From contig JARPSE010000001.1 of the NCBI GenBank assembly GCA_029962705.1, positions 11,415 through 75,414 of the forward strand: a stretch of 64,000 bases of DNA, in the 5' to 3' direction. The translations under genes and the position numbers were made by a program. How positions within the stretch are numbered: position 1 is the first letter of the stretch; each line of letters opens with the position of its first letter. Origin of the DNA: Candidatus Planktomarina antarctica (GTDB lineage Bacteria > Pseudomonadota > Alphaproteobacteria > Rhodobacterales > Rhodobacteraceae). Under the pieces are notes generated by a model, which was given only the letters and a program-made list of their open reading frames with translations, did not search any database and was not told where the DNA came from. Of this stretch, positions 9,935 through 22,149 are shown one piece after another.

Positions 9935-11146
9935 ATGCAGCGCGCAAATTCAAAATTCGGCCTGATGACCACAGCAATTCACGCAGGTGAAGCGCCAGAT
10001 CCCACCACGGGGGCTTCGGCCCCCGCATTGCACATGTCCTCAACTTTTGTGACTGATCAGGTAGCAGGGTTTTCAGCCCATGACCTCGAAGATGATGGTA
10101 ATTTTCTCTATGCTCGCTGGGGAAATCCAACCGTGCAAATGCTGGAACAAAAATTGGCTAGTTTGGAAGGCGTTGAAGATTGTATCTGCCTGGCCTCTGG
10201 AATGGCAGCCGCTACGGCTATTTTTCTGACCTTCCTATCCGCAGGCGATCACACCGTGATCTCAGATGTCAGCTATGCCGGTGTAGCTGAATTGGCCCGA
10301 GACACTCTGCCCAGATTTGGTATTGATGTGAGCCTAGTTGATATGTCTGATCTCGCTGCTGTCGCCGCCGCGCTGCGCCCCAACACAAAATTGGTACATA
10401 CAGAATCTCCAGTCAATCCCATTGGCAGACTCACAGATTTGGCCGCAGTCTCCAAACTAGCTCACGAAGCTGGAGCCCTGGTCAGCTGTGACGCCACCTT
10501 TGCCTCACCTTTAGGGCAAAGATCTGCATTTTTAGGTATTGACCTCATCATGCATTCGGTCACCAAATATGTTGGTGGACATGGCGATGCCGTTGGCGGC
10601 GCCGTCGCCGGGCGCAGGGAGTTAATTTCGCAGATTAGAGGCGAAAGTGCGATCCATCATGGTGGCGTAATGTCGCCCTTCAACGCCTGGCTGGTGGCCC
10701 GCGGCCTATCCCTGCTGCCGCTGCGCATGACGGCACATGAAGCCGGTGCTCAGGCGATAGCTGAATGGCTGGAAGCTCAGCCGCTAGTGAACCGTGTGAT
10801 CTACCCCGGCCTCTCTAGTCATCCACAACATGAACTGGCTAAAAGACAAGTGACCAATAACTCCGGAATGATTAGCTTTCAAGTGGGCAACGCCGCCACC
10901 GGCCGCAAAATTGCGCAACAGATGATCGATCGTTTAGAGATTATCCACTATGCTGTTTCTCTGGGCCACCACCGCAGCCTAATTTTCTGGATGGAGACAC
11001 AAGGCCTGATGGATACATCTTTCCGACTGTCCGGAGCTCAACTAGAAAGCTATCGGAGCTATGGCGGCGATGGCGTGTTTCGCATGTCAGTTGGCTTGGA
11101 AAATCCCGAAGACTTGATCAGAGATCTAGCAACTGCTTTGTCCTAG
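9935..11146 (+). CDS. Cys/Met-metabolism PLP-dependent enzyme (methionine gamma-lyase / cystathionine gamma-synthase family)
   Basis: 403 aa with YARWGNPT and the PLP-lysine motif HSVTKYVGGHGD. Substrate specificity cannot be resolved by eye. Confidence 0.88.
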   Translation: MQRANSKFGLMTTAIHAGEAPDPTTGASAPALHMSSTFVTDQVAGFSAHDLEDDGNFLYARWGNPTVQMLEQKLASLEGVEDCICLASGMAAATAIFLTFLSAGDHTVISDVSYAGVAELARDTLPRFGIDVSLVDMSDLAAVAAALRPNTKLVHTESPVNPIGRLTDLAAVSKLAHEAGALVSCDATFASPLGQRSAFLGIDLIMHSVTKYVGGHGDAVGGAVAGRRELISQIRGESAIHHGGVMSPFNAWLVARGLSLLPLRMTAHEAGAQAIAEWLEAQPLVNRVIYPGLSSHPQHELAKRQVTNNSGMISFQVGNAATGRKIAQQMIDRLEIIHYAVSLGHHRSLIFWMETQGLMDTSFRLSGAQLESYRSYGGDGVFRMSVGLENPEDLIRDLATALS

Positions 11147-11167
11147 CCTTGCATCCGGTTGGGCGGG

Positions 11168-11845
11168 CTAAGGCGCATTCAGAACCTTATCAATCAAGGC
11201 GCTACAGTCTCCCTGTGCAACTTTTGAATGCCACAGGGTAGCTTGGGATTTCAAAACCAAACCATCTTCCAAAATGCGCAGATGATTAGCTTTAATAGTA
11301 GCACCCGTACTGGTAATATCTGCGATCGCTTCCGCGGTTTCGTTTTTTACGGCCCCCTCAGTAGCGCCTTGGCTATCGACCAACTGATAATCAGCCACCC
11401 CTTGCTCAGTCATGAATTGACGTATCAAACGGTGATATTTGGTAGCAACTCGGAGACGGAACCCATGCTCTGCCCGAAAGCGGGCCGCAATGGCGTCCAA
11501 ATCATGTAGGCAGGTCACATCACACCACCAGGCAGGCACAGCAATGATTAAATTTGCAAGTCCAAAACCCATCTCAGCCACCGGGGACACTACATCAGAC
11601 CAATTAGCCAATTTTTCATGCACTAAGTCTGTACCAGTCACGCCCATGTGCAAACGACCCGCAGCCAGCTCACGCGGGATTTCTCCAGCGGACAAAAGCA
11701 CTAATTCAATGCCTACCAAACCGTCTACGCGCCCAACATATTCTCGGTCCGATCCAGATTTTGACAATTTCACGCCACGCATAGAAAACCAATCGAAAGT
11801 CTCTTGCATCAACCGCCCTTTGGACGGGACACCCAATTTGATCAT
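11168..11845 (-). CDS. hisG: ATP phosphoribosyltransferase, short (HisZ-dependent) form
   Basis: 225 aa, [20 protein letters not shown]... The ATG overlaps the hisZ stop (ATGA). Confidence 0.93.
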   Translation of the reverse strand: MIKLGVPSKGRLMQETFDWFSMRGVKLSKSGSDREYVGRVDGLVGIELVLLSAGEIPRELAAGRLHMGVTGTDLVHEKLANWSDVVSPVAEMGFGLANLIIAVPAWWCDVTCLHDLDAIAARFRAEHGFRLRVATKYHRLIRQFMTEQGVADYQLVDSQGATEGAVKNETAEAIADITSTGATIKANHLRILEDGLVLKSQATLWHSKVAQGDCSALIDKVLNAP

Positions 11846-12888
11846 AATAGATCTCCACCAGACAAACGCAGGGTGAATTCAGGTCGAATAATACCGCCCA
11901 CCGCCGGAACGTCGCGCCCCTGCCCCAAAACCCGAGTTAGCGCATCATAACGTCCGCCAGACGCAACCGCCGGCCATCCAGCCTGGTCGGCATAAAAGCC
12001 AAATACAAAACCATCGTAATATTCCATGGCCGTCAGCCCATAAGCAGCCTCGAAACCGATCTGCGCCACATCCACACCAGCTTCTTTTAATGCAGTTAAT
12101 CGAGCCGACATATGATCCACCGCAGAGGCAATCGAAGGTAGCCTCTGCACCAAAAACTGCAACTGCGCAAAGGCTGCCGGCAAGTTACCACGAATTGCCA
12201 ACAAATCATTTAAAGCATCCATTTCAGACTGAGGTATCGGTGGCGCCGAGGCTTCATCAGCTAATTGCTCCAAGCGCTCGTTTACATCTGAGGCATATCG
12301 CAACCCAATTAGTTGGCCACCAGCCCCCAGAACCTTCTCTTTTACGGGTTGGGAAAAACGCAAGAGCAAGGACTGAAACCGCAAAGGCCGCCAAACGTGA
12401 CGTTTCAGTGCGGATTTGCGAGCATTTGAGGTTGTAAGGCCCTCAATAGCTGCGATCAGAAGCCCAACATCGCCTGTTGAAGCTTTGAGGCCAAGTGGGG
12501 TAAGGATTTGATGAAATAGAGCAAAAACTTCGGCCTCAATCTCATCTGCTGGGCCGCGGTCAAATACCTCATAGCCCACTTGTTCACTTTGCGCCGCGCG
12601 GCCAGAGCCGGTGTCTTGAGAACGAAACACTGGGCCAGCATATGTATAGCGAGCAGGTTCTGCACTTTCAGCCATATGTCGTTGCACAACAGGCACCGTA
12701 AAATCAGGTCGCAGCATTTGCTCACCATGAAGAAAATCTGAAGTCACATAGGCCCGCGCACGTACATCTTCACCATAAAGATCCAAAAGTACATCTGCAG
12801 GCTGTAAAATATCAGCCTCAACGCGAATAGCCCCAGCGGATTGGAACACCGCCAAAAGCCGAGCCGTTTCTCCGCGCAATTGGCTCAT
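11842..12888 (-). CDS. hisZ: ATP phosphoribosyltransferase regulatory subunit
   Basis: HisS paralogue without an anticodon-binding domain, positioned between hisS and hisG. The likely start is the ATG at 12888 (MSQLRGE...), which overlaps the hisS stop as ATGA. The ORF-track start at 12978 lies inside hisS. Confidence 0.88.
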   Translation of the reverse strand: MSQLRGETARLLAVFQSAGAIRVEADILQPADVLLDLYGEDVRARAYVTSDFLHGEQMLRPDFTVPVVQRHMAESAEPARYTYAGPVFRSQDTGSGRAAQSEQVGYEVFDRGPADEIEAEVFALFHQILTPLGLKASTGDVGLLIAAIEGLTTSNARKSALKRHVWRPLRFQSLLLRFSQPVKEKVLGAGGQLIGLRYASDVNERLEQLADEASAPPIPQSEMDALNDLLAIRGNLPAAFAQLQFLVQRLPSIASAVDHMSARLTALKEAGVDVAQIGFEAAYGLTAMEYYDGFVFGFYADQAGWPAVASGGRYDALTRVLGQGRDVPAVGGIIRPEFTLRLSGGDLL

Positions 12889-14384
12889 TCCGTGAGCCCT
12901 TGCGCCGCCAGCATCGCGATCACCTGCGCCACTAACTCCTGACGCGGCACTTCGATTTGACCCGGCCGAGCTTTCCATTCTTCCAAAGTGGCGCCCTTAG
13001 CTAATTGCGCACCAAGAATTAGGTCCTTAATTTGTACAATCCCAGATTCTTTCTCATCACGACCTTCAATAATAGCAATTGGGCTGCTACGATTATCTGC
13101 GTATTTTAGCTGGTTACCAAAATTCTTAGGATTTCCCAAATAAACCTCTGCACGGATACCCGCCGTCCGCAGCTCGGACGCCATTGCTTGATAATCACTT
13201 ATCCGATCACGGTCCATAACCGTGATCACTACAGGACCCAAAGACGAGCGTTCAATCCGCCCCTTCATCCTGAGCGCTGCAAGTAGGCGGTCCACACCAA
13301 TCGAAATCCCAGTTGCGGGTACTTCTTGCCCTGTAAAACGCTTCACAAGATTATCATAACGTCCGCCACCAGCAACCGACCCAAATTGCCGTGTACGCCC
13401 TTTTTCATCCTTAATTTCAAAAGTTAGTTCTGCCTCATAGACTGGTCCCGTATAGTAACCTAAACCGCGCACGACAGAGGGGTCCAGTACAATGCGGTCA
13501 GAGCCATAGCCCTGCGCGGCCACCAACTCAGATATTTGTTCCATCTCATCCACACCAGCCTCGCCGATAGCCGAGCCTTCGACTAAATTACGCAAATTAG
13601 CTAAGGTCTCAGCCGTAGTAGCCCCCAGTGCCTGCATGAAGCCGATAACAATCTCAGCCTGAGCGTCATTAAGCCCTGCTCCTTGGGTAAAATCACCACT
13701 ATCATCTTTCCGACCAGCCCCTAAAAGTTGGCGTACACCCTCCAAGCCCAAACGGTCCAGCTTATCGATGGCGCGCAAAACGATGCCACGCTCTTCGGTA
13801 AATTTATCTAGCTCCGTAGGATCTAAAATTCCAGCCACTTCCATAATACCATTGAGCACTTTTCGGTTATTTACACGAATAATATAGTCCCCACGTGCAA
13901 TACCGACACGCTCCAGCGTGTCAGAAAGCATTGCACAAATCTCAGCATCAGCGCCCATGCTTGCCGAGCCAACAGTATCCGCGTCACATTGGTAAAACTG
14001 ACGAAAACGTCCAGGCCCTGGCTTTTCATTGCGCCAAACCGGCCCCATCGCAAAACGGCGATAGGGGCTGGGGAGATCATTCCGGTACTGGGCATATACT
14101 CTAGCCAAAGGGGCAGTCAGGTCATAACGCAGAGCCAGCCAACCCTCATCTTCCTGCCACGCAAAAACCCCCTCATTGGGTCGATCGACATCAGGCAAAA
14201 ATTTACCCAACGCCTCTACCGTTTCCACAGCACTACTTTCAAGCTGTTCAAAGCCATAAAGATGGTACACATCTGCAATTTGACGTAACATTTCTGATCG
14301 CTCCGACACATCCACGCCGAAATAATCGCGAAAACCTTTTGGCGGTAGCGCCTTAGGCTTGGGTTCTTTTTTCTGTTTGCCCAT
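12885..14384 (-). CDS. hisS: Histidine--tRNA ligase
   Basis: Class II aaRS motifs ([32 protein letters not shown]). The preferred start is the ATG at 14384, preceded by GAGG, rather than 14396. Confidence 0.95.
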   Translation of the reverse strand: MGKQKKEPKPKALPPKGFRDYFGVDVSERSEMLRQIADVYHLYGFEQLESSAVETVEALGKFLPDVDRPNEGVFAWQEDEGWLALRYDLTAPLARVYAQYRNDLPSPYRRFAMGPVWRNEKPGPGRFRQFYQCDADTVGSASMGADAEICAMLSDTLERVGIARGDYIIRVNNRKVLNGIMEVAGILDPTELDKFTEERGIVLRAIDKLDRLGLEGVRQLLGAGRKDDSGDFTQGAGLNDAQAEIVIGFMQALGATTAETLANLRNLVEGSAIGEAGVDEMEQISELVAAQGYGSDRIVLDPSVVRGLGYYTGPVYEAELTFEIKDEKGRTRQFGSVAGGGRYDNLVKRFTGQEVPATGISIGVDRLLAALRMKGRIERSSLGPVVITVMDRDRISDYQAMASELRTAGIRAEVYLGNPKNFGNQLKYADNRSSPIAIIEGRDEKESGIVQIKDLILGAQLAKGATLEEWKARPGQIEVPRQELVAQVIAMLAAQGLTE

Positions 14385-14519
14385 GATCAACCTCATAATC
14401 GTTGGCTAGCATTTAGCGGCCCAAGCCGCGGGGGGCAACATGCGACTTAAAATCACCTACGAGCCGAGTGCGCTAAATTTGTACTTGATCCAGACAGCGC
14501 GATCCCTCACACGGCTATC

Positions 14520-14717
14520 ATGACACAAGCTTTAGAAGAACAAATTGCCCATCTGACACGCACTGTAGAAGATCTTTCAGACATAATGGCCAAACAAGAC
14601 AGCGAGTTGCGCCGCCTTGGCCTCCTGGTTGACCATTTGGCCCAGCGCGCACGCGCTCGTGAAACAGACGGTGGAGGTGGCATTATTTTAGGTGATGAAC
14701 GCCCACCACATTATTAA
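14520..14717 (+). CDS. slyX: SlyX family protein
   Basis: 65-aa coiled-coil protein (LEEQIAHLTRTVEDLSDIMAKQDSELRRL) with the typical SlyX size and pattern. Confidence 0.8.
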   Translation: MTQALEEQIAHLTRTVEDLSDIMAKQDSELRRLGLLVDHLAQRARARETDGGGGIILGDERPPHY

Positions 14718-14754
14718 TTAGTAGATTTAAAGTATTTAAATTTGGGCAACTGAC

Positions 14755-17700
14755 TTAGAGATCTTCCACCATCAAAACACCCTCAAGGCTTTTCAACGCA
14801 CCTTTGATCTGCGGCGTGACTGGGAAATTATGTCCTAACTCCATGTCCACCTCCCCAGGCAAGCTGTCATCCAGAAGGCAAAAAGAGATAGGGCCCTTGG
14901 CACCGTTCTTTGTGGCGAGTTTAGCCTCGCGCAGCACTGTAGCCACAGAATTAATGGCGGAGGCATTCTCGAGATAAACCCGCAAACCAGCCCCGCTCGC
15001 CTGCGCTACAGCGCCATCCATCGGCTGTACCGAACGGCAGAGCAATTTAAGTTGCTCAGACTCCATAGTAGCCTCAACGCTGAGTACAATCTTGGAACCA
15101 GCTTCAAGATGTACCCTTGAGGCTTCCAATGTATCACTAAACATAGTTGCTTCATAATTACCGGTGGTATCGCTGAGCTGGACAAAGGCAAAGCGGTTGC
15201 CACGCGCAGATTTGCGCTCTTGCCGCCCCGCCACGATGCCTGAGAGCTTGGCAACAAGCGGGCCACCCTTAGCTTTCTCGATCAGCTGATCCAGTGTGAT
15301 GACACCCGAGCGCTTCAAAGACGCCATATAATCATCAAGAGGATGGCCAGACAGGTAAAATCCAATTGCCTTAAACTCTTCAGCCAACTTCTCAGCAGGG
15401 AGCCAATTGGCCACTGGGGACAGGCGTGGCTCGGGTAGATCGTCACCAGCCTCACCAAATAAACTTACCTGATTTGAATTACGTTGTTCATGTACAGCAG
15501 AAGAATAGCCCACTAAAGCGTCTAAGCTTTCAAACACTCGATGGCGGTTGCGGTCTAGTTCATCAAACGCTCCAGAACGCACCAACATTTCCAGCGGTCG
15601 CTTACCCACCCGTTTAAGATCTACCCGCCTGGCAAAATCAAACAACGTGGAGAAAAGCTTGTCGCCCCGCCCATCAGCGACAAGCCCCATGGCATCCACA
15701 CCCACATTTTTTAATGCCCCAAGGGCGTAGACCAGAGTACCTTCTACCACATCAAACCGGGCTTGACTGCGGTTCACACAGGGAGGTGTGTAGGGTAGTT
15801 CAAGGCCTTTGCGAACTTCGTTGAAATACACCGCTAGCTTATCCGTGAGATGCAGGTCGCAATTCATAACTCCCGCCATGAACTCCAAGGGGTGATTAGC
15901 TTTAAGCCAAGCAGTTTGGTAGCTGACAACTGCATATGCCGCAGCGTGTGATTTATTGAACCCGTAGTTGGCAAATTTATCCAATAGGTCCCATGTGGCC
16001 TTAGCGGTTTTCTCATCCACGTTATTCACCGCAGAGCCTGCCAAAAACTTAGGTTTTTCGGCATCCATCGCTTCTTGAATTTTTTTACCCATCGCTCGAC
16101 GCAACAGGTCAGCACCACCTAGAGAATAGCCCGCCATTTGCCTGGCAATTTCCATCACCTGCTCTTGATACACGATGATGCCTTGAGTTTCATCCAAGAT
16201 ATGATCCACCGAAGGATGCAATAGATCACGTTCACTAAGGCCGTTTTTAACCTCGCAATATTTAGGGATATTCTCCATTGGGCCAGGACGATACAACGCA
16301 ACTAATGCCACAATATCTTCAATACAGTTTGGCTTCATACGCTTCAGCGCATCCATCATACCACTGGATTCCACCTGAAAAACTGCAACAGTTTTTGCAG
16401 CGGCATAAAGCGCATAAGACGCAGTATCATCCAAAGGAATTGCGCTGATATCGCCCTCAGTACCTGCAGAAGGTGCGTAAAGAGCTCGCCCATCAGCCGC
16501 CATATGCAGTGCCCGCGAGCGACTGATAAGATCCACTGCGTTTTGGATCACAGTCAAGGTTTTCAGGCCCAAGAAATCAAACTTCACGAGTCCAGCCTGC
16601 TCGACCCACTTCATATTGAATTGCGTGGCGGGCATATCCGAGCGCGGATCTTGGTACAATGGCACCAGCTGATCCAAAGGTCGGTCACCAATCACTACAC
16701 CCGCCGCATGGGTTGATGCATTACGCAACAGGCCCTCTACTTGCTGGCCATAATTCAGCAGACGCGCGACTACCTCTTCTGCCTTTGCCTCTTCACGCAG
16801 GCGCGGCTCATCGGCCAAAGCTTTTTCAATACTGACCGGCTTCACGCCCTCAACTGGGATCATTTTCGACAGGCGGTCCACCTGCCCGTAAGGCATTTGT
16901 AGCACACGGCCAATATCGCGCACCGCAGCTTTCGACAAAAGTGCGCCAAAAGTTATGATCTGGCCAACGCGATCACGCCCATATTTTTGCTGTACGTAGC
17001 GAATTACCTCTTCGCGGCGATCCATACAAAAATCGATATCAAAGTCGGGCATAGAAACCCGCTCCGGGTTTAAAAACCGCTCGAACAGCAGGCCATAGCG
17101 TAGGGGGTCAAGATCAGTAATAGTTAAGGCATATGCAACAAGCGAGCCCGCACCAGACCCGCGGCCAGGCCCAACAGGGATGTTTTGCCCTTTAGTCCAA
17201 GAAATGAAGTCAGCAACAATCAAGAAATAGCCAGGGAATCCCATGCCCTCAATAATATCTAGCTCAAAATCAAGGCGCTCTTGATAATCTTCCACTGTGA
17301 CAGCGTGCGGTATAACGGCTAATCTACGTTGCAATCCCTCATTGGATTGACGACGAAGTTCCACAACCTCATCATCCGCAAACTTGGGTAGAATAGGATC
17401 CCGTTTATACACTTTGAAAGCACACCGTTGCGCAATCTCAACGGTGTTTTCCAAAGCCTCGGGCAAATCCACAAACAACACAGCCATTTCTGCGGGTGTT
17501 TTAAGGTAATGCTGTGGAGTCAAACGACGACGCGGTTCTTGCTGATCCACATAAGAGCCCTCAGCAATACAGATTAAAGCGTCATGAGCCTCGTACATCT
17601 GAGTTTTTGGGAAATAGACGTCATTGGTCGCCACCAATGGGAGGTCCATGGCATAAGCCATTTCCACCAGACCACGTTCACTTAACCGCTCTGCCTCTGG

Positions 17701-18255
17701 CGCACTGCCATCTTCGCCTGGATGCCGCTGCAATTCAATATAAAGCCTATCACCGAAAGCAGTGGCAAGCTGACCGATCAGCACCTGCGCTTTTACAGCT
17801 TGTCCAGTTTGGAGTAATTGCCCCAAAGGACCATTTGGTCCACCCGTCAAGCAAATAAGCCCCTCAGAATGGGCTTCAAGCTGTGCCAGCTGCACCTGTG
17901 GAAGCTCACCATCTGTGTCCAAGTAGAGGCAGGAATTGAGTGCCATTAAATTTTCGTAGCCACGTTCACTTTGCGCCAACAGGACCAAAGCCGCAGGCAT
18001 ACGGGCCTTTTCGCCGGGAGCTGCAGGATCATAGGCCAGGTCTATTTGGCATCCTATAATAGGCTGAATACCAACTTTCGAGGCACCTTCAGAAAACTCC
18101 AAAGCACAAAACATATTATTGGTGTCAGTCACCGCAATAGCGGGCATATCCATCGCCACCGCCAAGTCAGGAAGTTTTTTTAGCCTGATAGCACCTTCGA
18201 GCAGTGAATATTCGCTGTGAAGTCGGAGGTGGATAAATTTCGGATTCTGGTTCAT
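14755..18255 (-). CDS. dnaE: DNA polymerase III subunit alpha
   Basis: 1166 aa with an N-terminal PHP domain (FIHLRLHSEYSLLEGA), the palm motif PDFDIDF and an OB-fold C-terminus. Confidence 0.97.
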   Translation of the reverse strand: MNQNPKFIHLRLHSEYSLLEGAIRLKKLPDLAVAMDMPAIAVTDTNNMFCALEFSEGASKVGIQPIIGCQIDLAYDPAAPGEKARMPAALVLLAQSERGYENLMALNSCLYLDTDGELPQVQLAQLEAHSEGLICLTGGPNGPLGQLLQTGQAVKAQVLIGQLATAFGDRLYIELQRHPGEDGSAPEAERLSERGLVEMAYAMDLPLVATNDVYFPKTQMYEAHDALICIAEGSYVDQQEPRRRLTPQHYLKTPAEMAVLFVDLPEALENTVEIAQRCAFKVYKRDPILPKFADDEVVELRRQSNEGLQRRLAVIPHAVTVEDYQERLDFELDIIEGMGFPGYFLIVADFISWTKGQNIPVGPGRGSGAGSLVAYALTITDLDPLRYGLLFERFLNPERVSMPDFDIDFCMDRREEVIRYVQQKYGRDRVGQIITFGALLSKAAVRDIGRVLQMPYGQVDRLSKMIPVEGVKPVSIEKALADEPRLREEAKAEEVVARLLNYGQQVEGLLRNASTHAAGVVIGDRPLDQLVPLYQDPRSDMPATQFNMKWVEQAGLVKFDFLGLKTLTVIQNAVDLISRSRALHMAADGRALYAPSAGTEGDISAIPLDDTASYALYAAAKTVAVFQVESSGMMDALKRMKPNCIEDIVALVALYRPGPMENIPKYCEVKNGLSERDLLHPSVDHILDETQGIIVYQEQVMEIARQMAGYSLGGADLLRRAMGKKIQEAMDAEKPKFLAGSAVNNVDEKTAKATWDLLDKFANYGFNKSHAAAYAVVSYQTAWLKANHPLEFMAGVMNCDLHLTDKLAVYFNEVRKGLELPYTPPCVNRSQARFDVVEGTLVYALGALKNVGVDAMGLVADGRGDKLFSTLFDFARRVDLKRVGKRPLEMLVRSGAFDELDRNRHRVFESLDALVGYSSAVHEQRNSNQVSLFGEAGDDLPEPRLSPVANWLPAEKLAEEFKAIGFYLSGHPLDDYMASLKRSGVITLDQLIEKAKGGPLVAKLSGIVAGRQERKSARGNRFAFVQLSDTTGNYEATMFSDTLEASRVHLEAGSKIVLSVEATMESEQLKLLCRSVQPMDGAVAQASGAGLRVYLENASAINSVATVLREAKLATKNGAKGPISFCLLDDSLPGEVDMELGHNFPVTPQIKGALKSLEGVLMVEDL

Positions 18256-18472
18256 GCATAACGATTAAACTGACAGCCACCCATCATCCAGCGAAAATTA
18301 CCAAAATTTATCGTTATTAAAACTATCCTACCAAGCTAAATGGCCTCGTGTGTATATTTTTCTTGCCCGACTCATTGAAATCAGCGCTAGATCAATCTGT
18401 TGAAGCCTTGGTTTTACGCCGCATCGGACTTAGGCTTGAAAAGTGAAACAGACAGTGGCGTGATTTCTTATT

Positions 18473-19846
18473 ATGAAAATGTCGTTTCTTCTAAACGGAG
18501 AACCTGTATCAACCTCCGTTCAAACCGGAATTGAGACACTACTCGATTTTCTCCGCCAAGAGGCTGGACTTTGTGGCACCAAAGAAGGCTGCAACGAAGG
18601 CGACTGTGGAGCGTGCTCAGTCATTGTGACTGGAAGCGATGGCGTGCCACGGCCGATGAACGCGTGCATTCTGTTCTTGCCCCAGCTTCAAGGCCGTGCC
18701 GTACGGACCGTGGAAGGCATATCTGGGCCAGATGGTAGCCTTCATCCGGTGCAAGACGCGATGATCCGCAAACATGGCGCTCAGTGCGGCTTTTGCACCC
18801 CTGGCTTTATCACCACAATGGCAGCAGCCCATGCCAATGGTGAGACAGATTTTGATACTGCACTGGCTGGAAATTTGTGTCGCTGCACCGGTTATGCACC
18901 TATAATTCGTGCAGCTGAAATGGCAGCAGATACCCCCGTACCACAATGGATGCAGGAAAATATACTGTCAAAGGTTCACGCCAGTTCAGAGGGTATCTTT
19001 TGCCCTAAATCTGCCGATGATCTGGCTCAATGGTACGAGAGAAATCCTCAGGCAACGCTAGTGGCTGGTGGCACTGACGTGGGGCTTTGGGTTACAAAAC
19101 ATATGCGTAGCCCAACGCCAATTGCCTTCTTGGGCCAAGTCCCAGACTTGCGCCATATCGAAGATCATGGGGATCATCTGCGCATTGGCGCTGCCGCCAC
19201 AATCACTGAACTGATGCAAGCAATAGAGCCAATTTCGACCTCATTTTATAAGATGTTGGCACGCTATGGCAGCCCACAAGTTCGCAATGCAGCGACCATC
19301 GGCGGTAACATTGCAAACGGCTCTCCCATTGGGGATGGCCCGCCAGCCTTGATCGCCATGGGAGCCACATTGATCCTGCGCCAAGGGTCTGAGCGAAGGC
19401 GCATGCCTTTGGAAGATTTTTTTATCGCATATCAAAAACAAGACCGCCTACCAAGTGAATTTTTAGAGGCTATTGAACTGCCCAAAAAGCAACCATATCT
19501 GCGCTGCTATAAGTTATCTAAACGCTTTGATCAGGATATCTCTGCGGTCTGTGGTTGTCTAAATATCAGCATTAAAGGCGGTATCATCGCGCATGCGCGG
19601 ATCGCATTTGGAGGCATGGCCGGTACACCGAAGCGGGCCCAGACAGCTGAGGCTGCCTTGATTGGGCAGCTTTGGAATTCTGAGACCTTTACAAAAGCAC
19701 AGGAGGCAATGTCAAAAGACTTCACTCCTTTGTCGGACATGCGAGCAAGTGCAAGCTACCGTGTGCAGGCCGCTGAAAATATGCTGATGCGCTATTATCA
19801 TGACATTGAGCACGAACCCGTAGACATACGAGGGATACGAGCATGA
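18473..19846 (+). CDS. xdhA: Xanthine dehydrogenase small subunit (2Fe-2S + FAD binding)
   Basis: Ferredoxin motifs ([12 protein letters not shown]; CGFCTPGF; CRCTGY) followed by a FAD-binding/CO-dehydrogenase flavoprotein domain. Confidence 0.93.
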   Translation: MKMSFLLNGEPVSTSVQTGIETLLDFLRQEAGLCGTKEGCNEGDCGACSVIVTGSDGVPRPMNACILFLPQLQGRAVRTVEGISGPDGSLHPVQDAMIRKHGAQCGFCTPGFITTMAAAHANGETDFDTALAGNLCRCTGYAPIIRAAEMAADTPVPQWMQENILSKVHASSEGIFCPKSADDLAQWYERNPQATLVAGGTDVGLWVTKHMRSPTPIAFLGQVPDLRHIEDHGDHLRIGAAATITELMQAIEPISTSFYKMLARYGSPQVRNAATIGGNIANGSPIGDGPPALIAMGATLILRQGSERRRMPLEDFFIAYQKQDRLPSEFLEAIELPKKQPYLRCYKLSKRFDQDISAVCGCLNISIKGGIIAHARIAFGGMAGTPKRAQTAEAALIGQLWNSETFTKAQEAMSKDFTPLSDMRASASYRVQAAENMLMRYYHDIEHEPVDIRGIRA

Positions 19847-22149
19847 ACTCCGCCGCTTCCATGCCCCATGATACCGCCCGTCAGCACGTAAGCGGTTCAG
19901 CCCGCTATGTGGACGACATTCCAACTCCTCAAGGCACACTGCATCTGGCCTTTGGCCTGTCACCAATCGCAGCAGGTGGGCTCACCTCAGTTGAACTCAG
20001 CGCCGTGCGCGCTTTCGACGGTGTACGATTAGTGCTAGAGGCTAAGGATTTGCCTTTCACGAATGACGTTTCCCCCTCCATGCATGATGAGCCCCTACTG
20101 GCAGCCACTACGATTCACTATGCCGGCCAGCCCATATTTTTGGTGGTCGCCGATAGCCATCATACGGCGCGCAAAGCGGCGCGTTTCGCTAAAATTGAGA
20201 TAGACGAAACACCACCTATTTTGACCATTGAACAAGCGCTCAAAGCTGAGAGCCGATTTGAAGATGGTCCACGTATCTATTCAAAAGGGGATTCAGAACG
20301 GGCTTTGCCCAAGGCATTAAATCATCTGAATGGTAGCCTAAACGTGGGCGGACAAGAGCACTTCTATCTCGAAGGTCAAGCAGCGCTGGCCATACCTGGC
20401 GATCAGGGTGATATGGTGGTACATTCCTCAACCCAGCATCCTACCGAAATTCAACATAAAGTGTCTGAAGCACTTAATATTTCGCAGCATGCCGTACGCG
20501 TTGAAGTACGGCGCATGGGAGGTGGCTTTGGCGGCAAGGAAAGCCAGGGTAATGCGCTGGCGGTAGCATGTGCTCTGGCGGCTATGATAACCGGTAAGCC
20601 TTGTAAAATGCGCTATGACAGAGATGATGATTTCATCATCACCGGCAAACGGCACGATTGCAGAGTGGACTATCAGGTAGGATTTGACCCCTTGGGCCGA
20701 GTAGAGGCCCTTGAGTTTATCCATTATTTCCGCTGTGGCTGGGCGCAGGACTTGTCTCTTCCTGTCGCAGATCGCGCCATGCTGCATGCGGACAATGCCT
20801 ATGATTTGCCCCATGTGAAAATTACCTCACACCGATTGAAAACCAACACGCAGAGCGCCACAGCCTTTCGCGGATTTGGCGGTCCTCAGGGGATGATTGG
20901 AATTGAGCGGGTGATGGATCACATAGCCCACGAATTAAACTTGGACCCTGCTCATGTACGCCAGGTTAACTATTATCCAGAGATGTCTACGCATGCTGAG
21001 GTGCGAGCGCCGGCTACTACACCCTATAAAATGGAGGTGACAGATTTCATCTTGGGGGACATGACCCACAGCTTGCTGGAGAGCTCAGATTATCTGACCC
21101 GAAAATCAGAGGTTGCGCGTTGGAACGCAGATAACCTGCTGCTCAAGCGCGGCATTGCATTTAGCCCAGTGAAGTTTGGGATTTCCTTCACTCTGACCCA
21201 CCTAAATCAAGCAGGCGCGTTAGTCCAAATCTACATGGATGGTTCAGTTTTGATAAATCATGGCGGCACAGAAATGGGCCAAGGCTTGTTTCAAAAGGTG
21301 TCACAGGTTGCGGCGCGTAGCCTTGGAGTGACGCAATCCAGCATCCGCCCTAGTGCAACAGATACTAGCAAAGTTCCCAACACTTCCGCTACGGCTGCAA
21401 GTTCTGGAACGGATCTCAACGGTATGGCCATTCAAGCCGCTTGCAAAACCTTACGGAGCCGTTTGCAACACCATTTAGCCGATGCTTACGACTGCCCAGC
21501 GGACAGCATACTATTTGAAGCTGGCCAAGTCGTAGGTCCAAACTTCAACCTGAGTTGGGCCGGAGTAGTCAAATCTGCATATGAAGCGCGAATCTCGCTC
21601 TCGGCCACCGGGTTTTACAAAACTCCAGATATAGAATGGGATCGTATTAAGGGCGAGGGTCGCCCATTCTTGTATTTTGCCTATGGCGCATCAGTCACTG
21701 AAGTTGTGATCGACACGCTTACCGGTGAAAACCGCATCCTGCGGTGTGATATCTTGCATGACTGCGGAACCTCTCTTAACCCTGCACTGGATATTGGCCA
21801 GATCGAAGGCGGCTTTGTACAGGGTGCTGGATGGTTGACTACGGAAGAGCTCGTTTGGGATGATCGGGGACAACTCAAAACCCACGCCCCTTCGACCTAC
21901 AAGATCCCCGCTTGCTCTGATCGACCGGAAGCGTTCAATGTATCGCTTTGGCAGGGCGCTAACCCAGAGCAAACGATCTATAGATCCAAAGCCGTGGGCG
22001 AACCCCCCTTCATGCATGGAATTTCAGCTTATTTGGCTTTGTCGAACGCAATATCAACCTGTGGTGTGCACTATCCCGACCTACAAGCGCCCGCAACCAC
22101 AGAAGAAGTATTTAACGCCATCAAGCGCGCTCAAGGACGTGCCATATGA
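19843..22149 (+). CDS. xdhB: Xanthine dehydrogenase molybdopterin-binding subunit
   Basis: 768 aa with [19 protein letters not shown] and a GEPP segment. The ATG overlaps the xdhA stop (ATGA). Confidence 0.95.
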   Translation: MNSAASMPHDTARQHVSGSARYVDDIPTPQGTLHLAFGLSPIAAGGLTSVELSAVRAFDGVRLVLEAKDLPFTNDVSPSMHDEPLLAATTIHYAGQPIFLVVADSHHTARKAARFAKIEIDETPPILTIEQALKAESRFEDGPRIYSKGDSERALPKALNHLNGSLNVGGQEHFYLEGQAALAIPGDQGDMVVHSSTQHPTEIQHKVSEALNISQHAVRVEVRRMGGGFGGKESQGNALAVACALAAMITGKPCKMRYDRDDDFIITGKRHDCRVDYQVGFDPLGRVEALEFIHYFRCGWAQDLSLPVADRAMLHADNAYDLPHVKITSHRLKTNTQSATAFRGFGGPQGMIGIERVMDHIAHELNLDPAHVRQVNYYPEMSTHAEVRAPATTPYKMEVTDFILGDMTHSLLESSDYLTRKSEVARWNADNLLLKRGIAFSPVKFGISFTLTHLNQAGALVQIYMDGSVLINHGGTEMGQGLFQKVSQVAARSLGVTQSSIRPSATDTSKVPNTSATAASSGTDLNGMAIQAACKTLRSRLQHHLADAYDCPADSILFEAGQVVGPNFNLSWAGVVKSAYEARISLSATGFYKTPDIEWDRIKGEGRPFLYFAYGASVTEVVIDTLTGENRILRCDILHDCGTSLNPALDIGQIEGGFVQGAGWLTTEELVWDDRGQLKTHAPSTYKIPACSDRPEAFNVSLWQGANPEQTIYRSKAVGEPPFMHGISAYLALSNAISTCGVHYPDLQAPATTEEVFNAIKRAQGRAI

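Noticed and set aside
9735-10130. 131-aa minus-strand ORF bridging the DUF1489 and PLP-enzyme genes.
   Set aside because: It overlaps two well-supported plus-strand genes and matches no recognisable family.
18258-18317. 8-bp inverted repeat ATAACGAT...ATCGTTAT, 44 nt apart, in the dnaE/xdhA divergent region.
   Set aside because: The arms are short and AT-rich with a long spacer, which is compatible with chance. It is not worth a regulatory call without comparative data.
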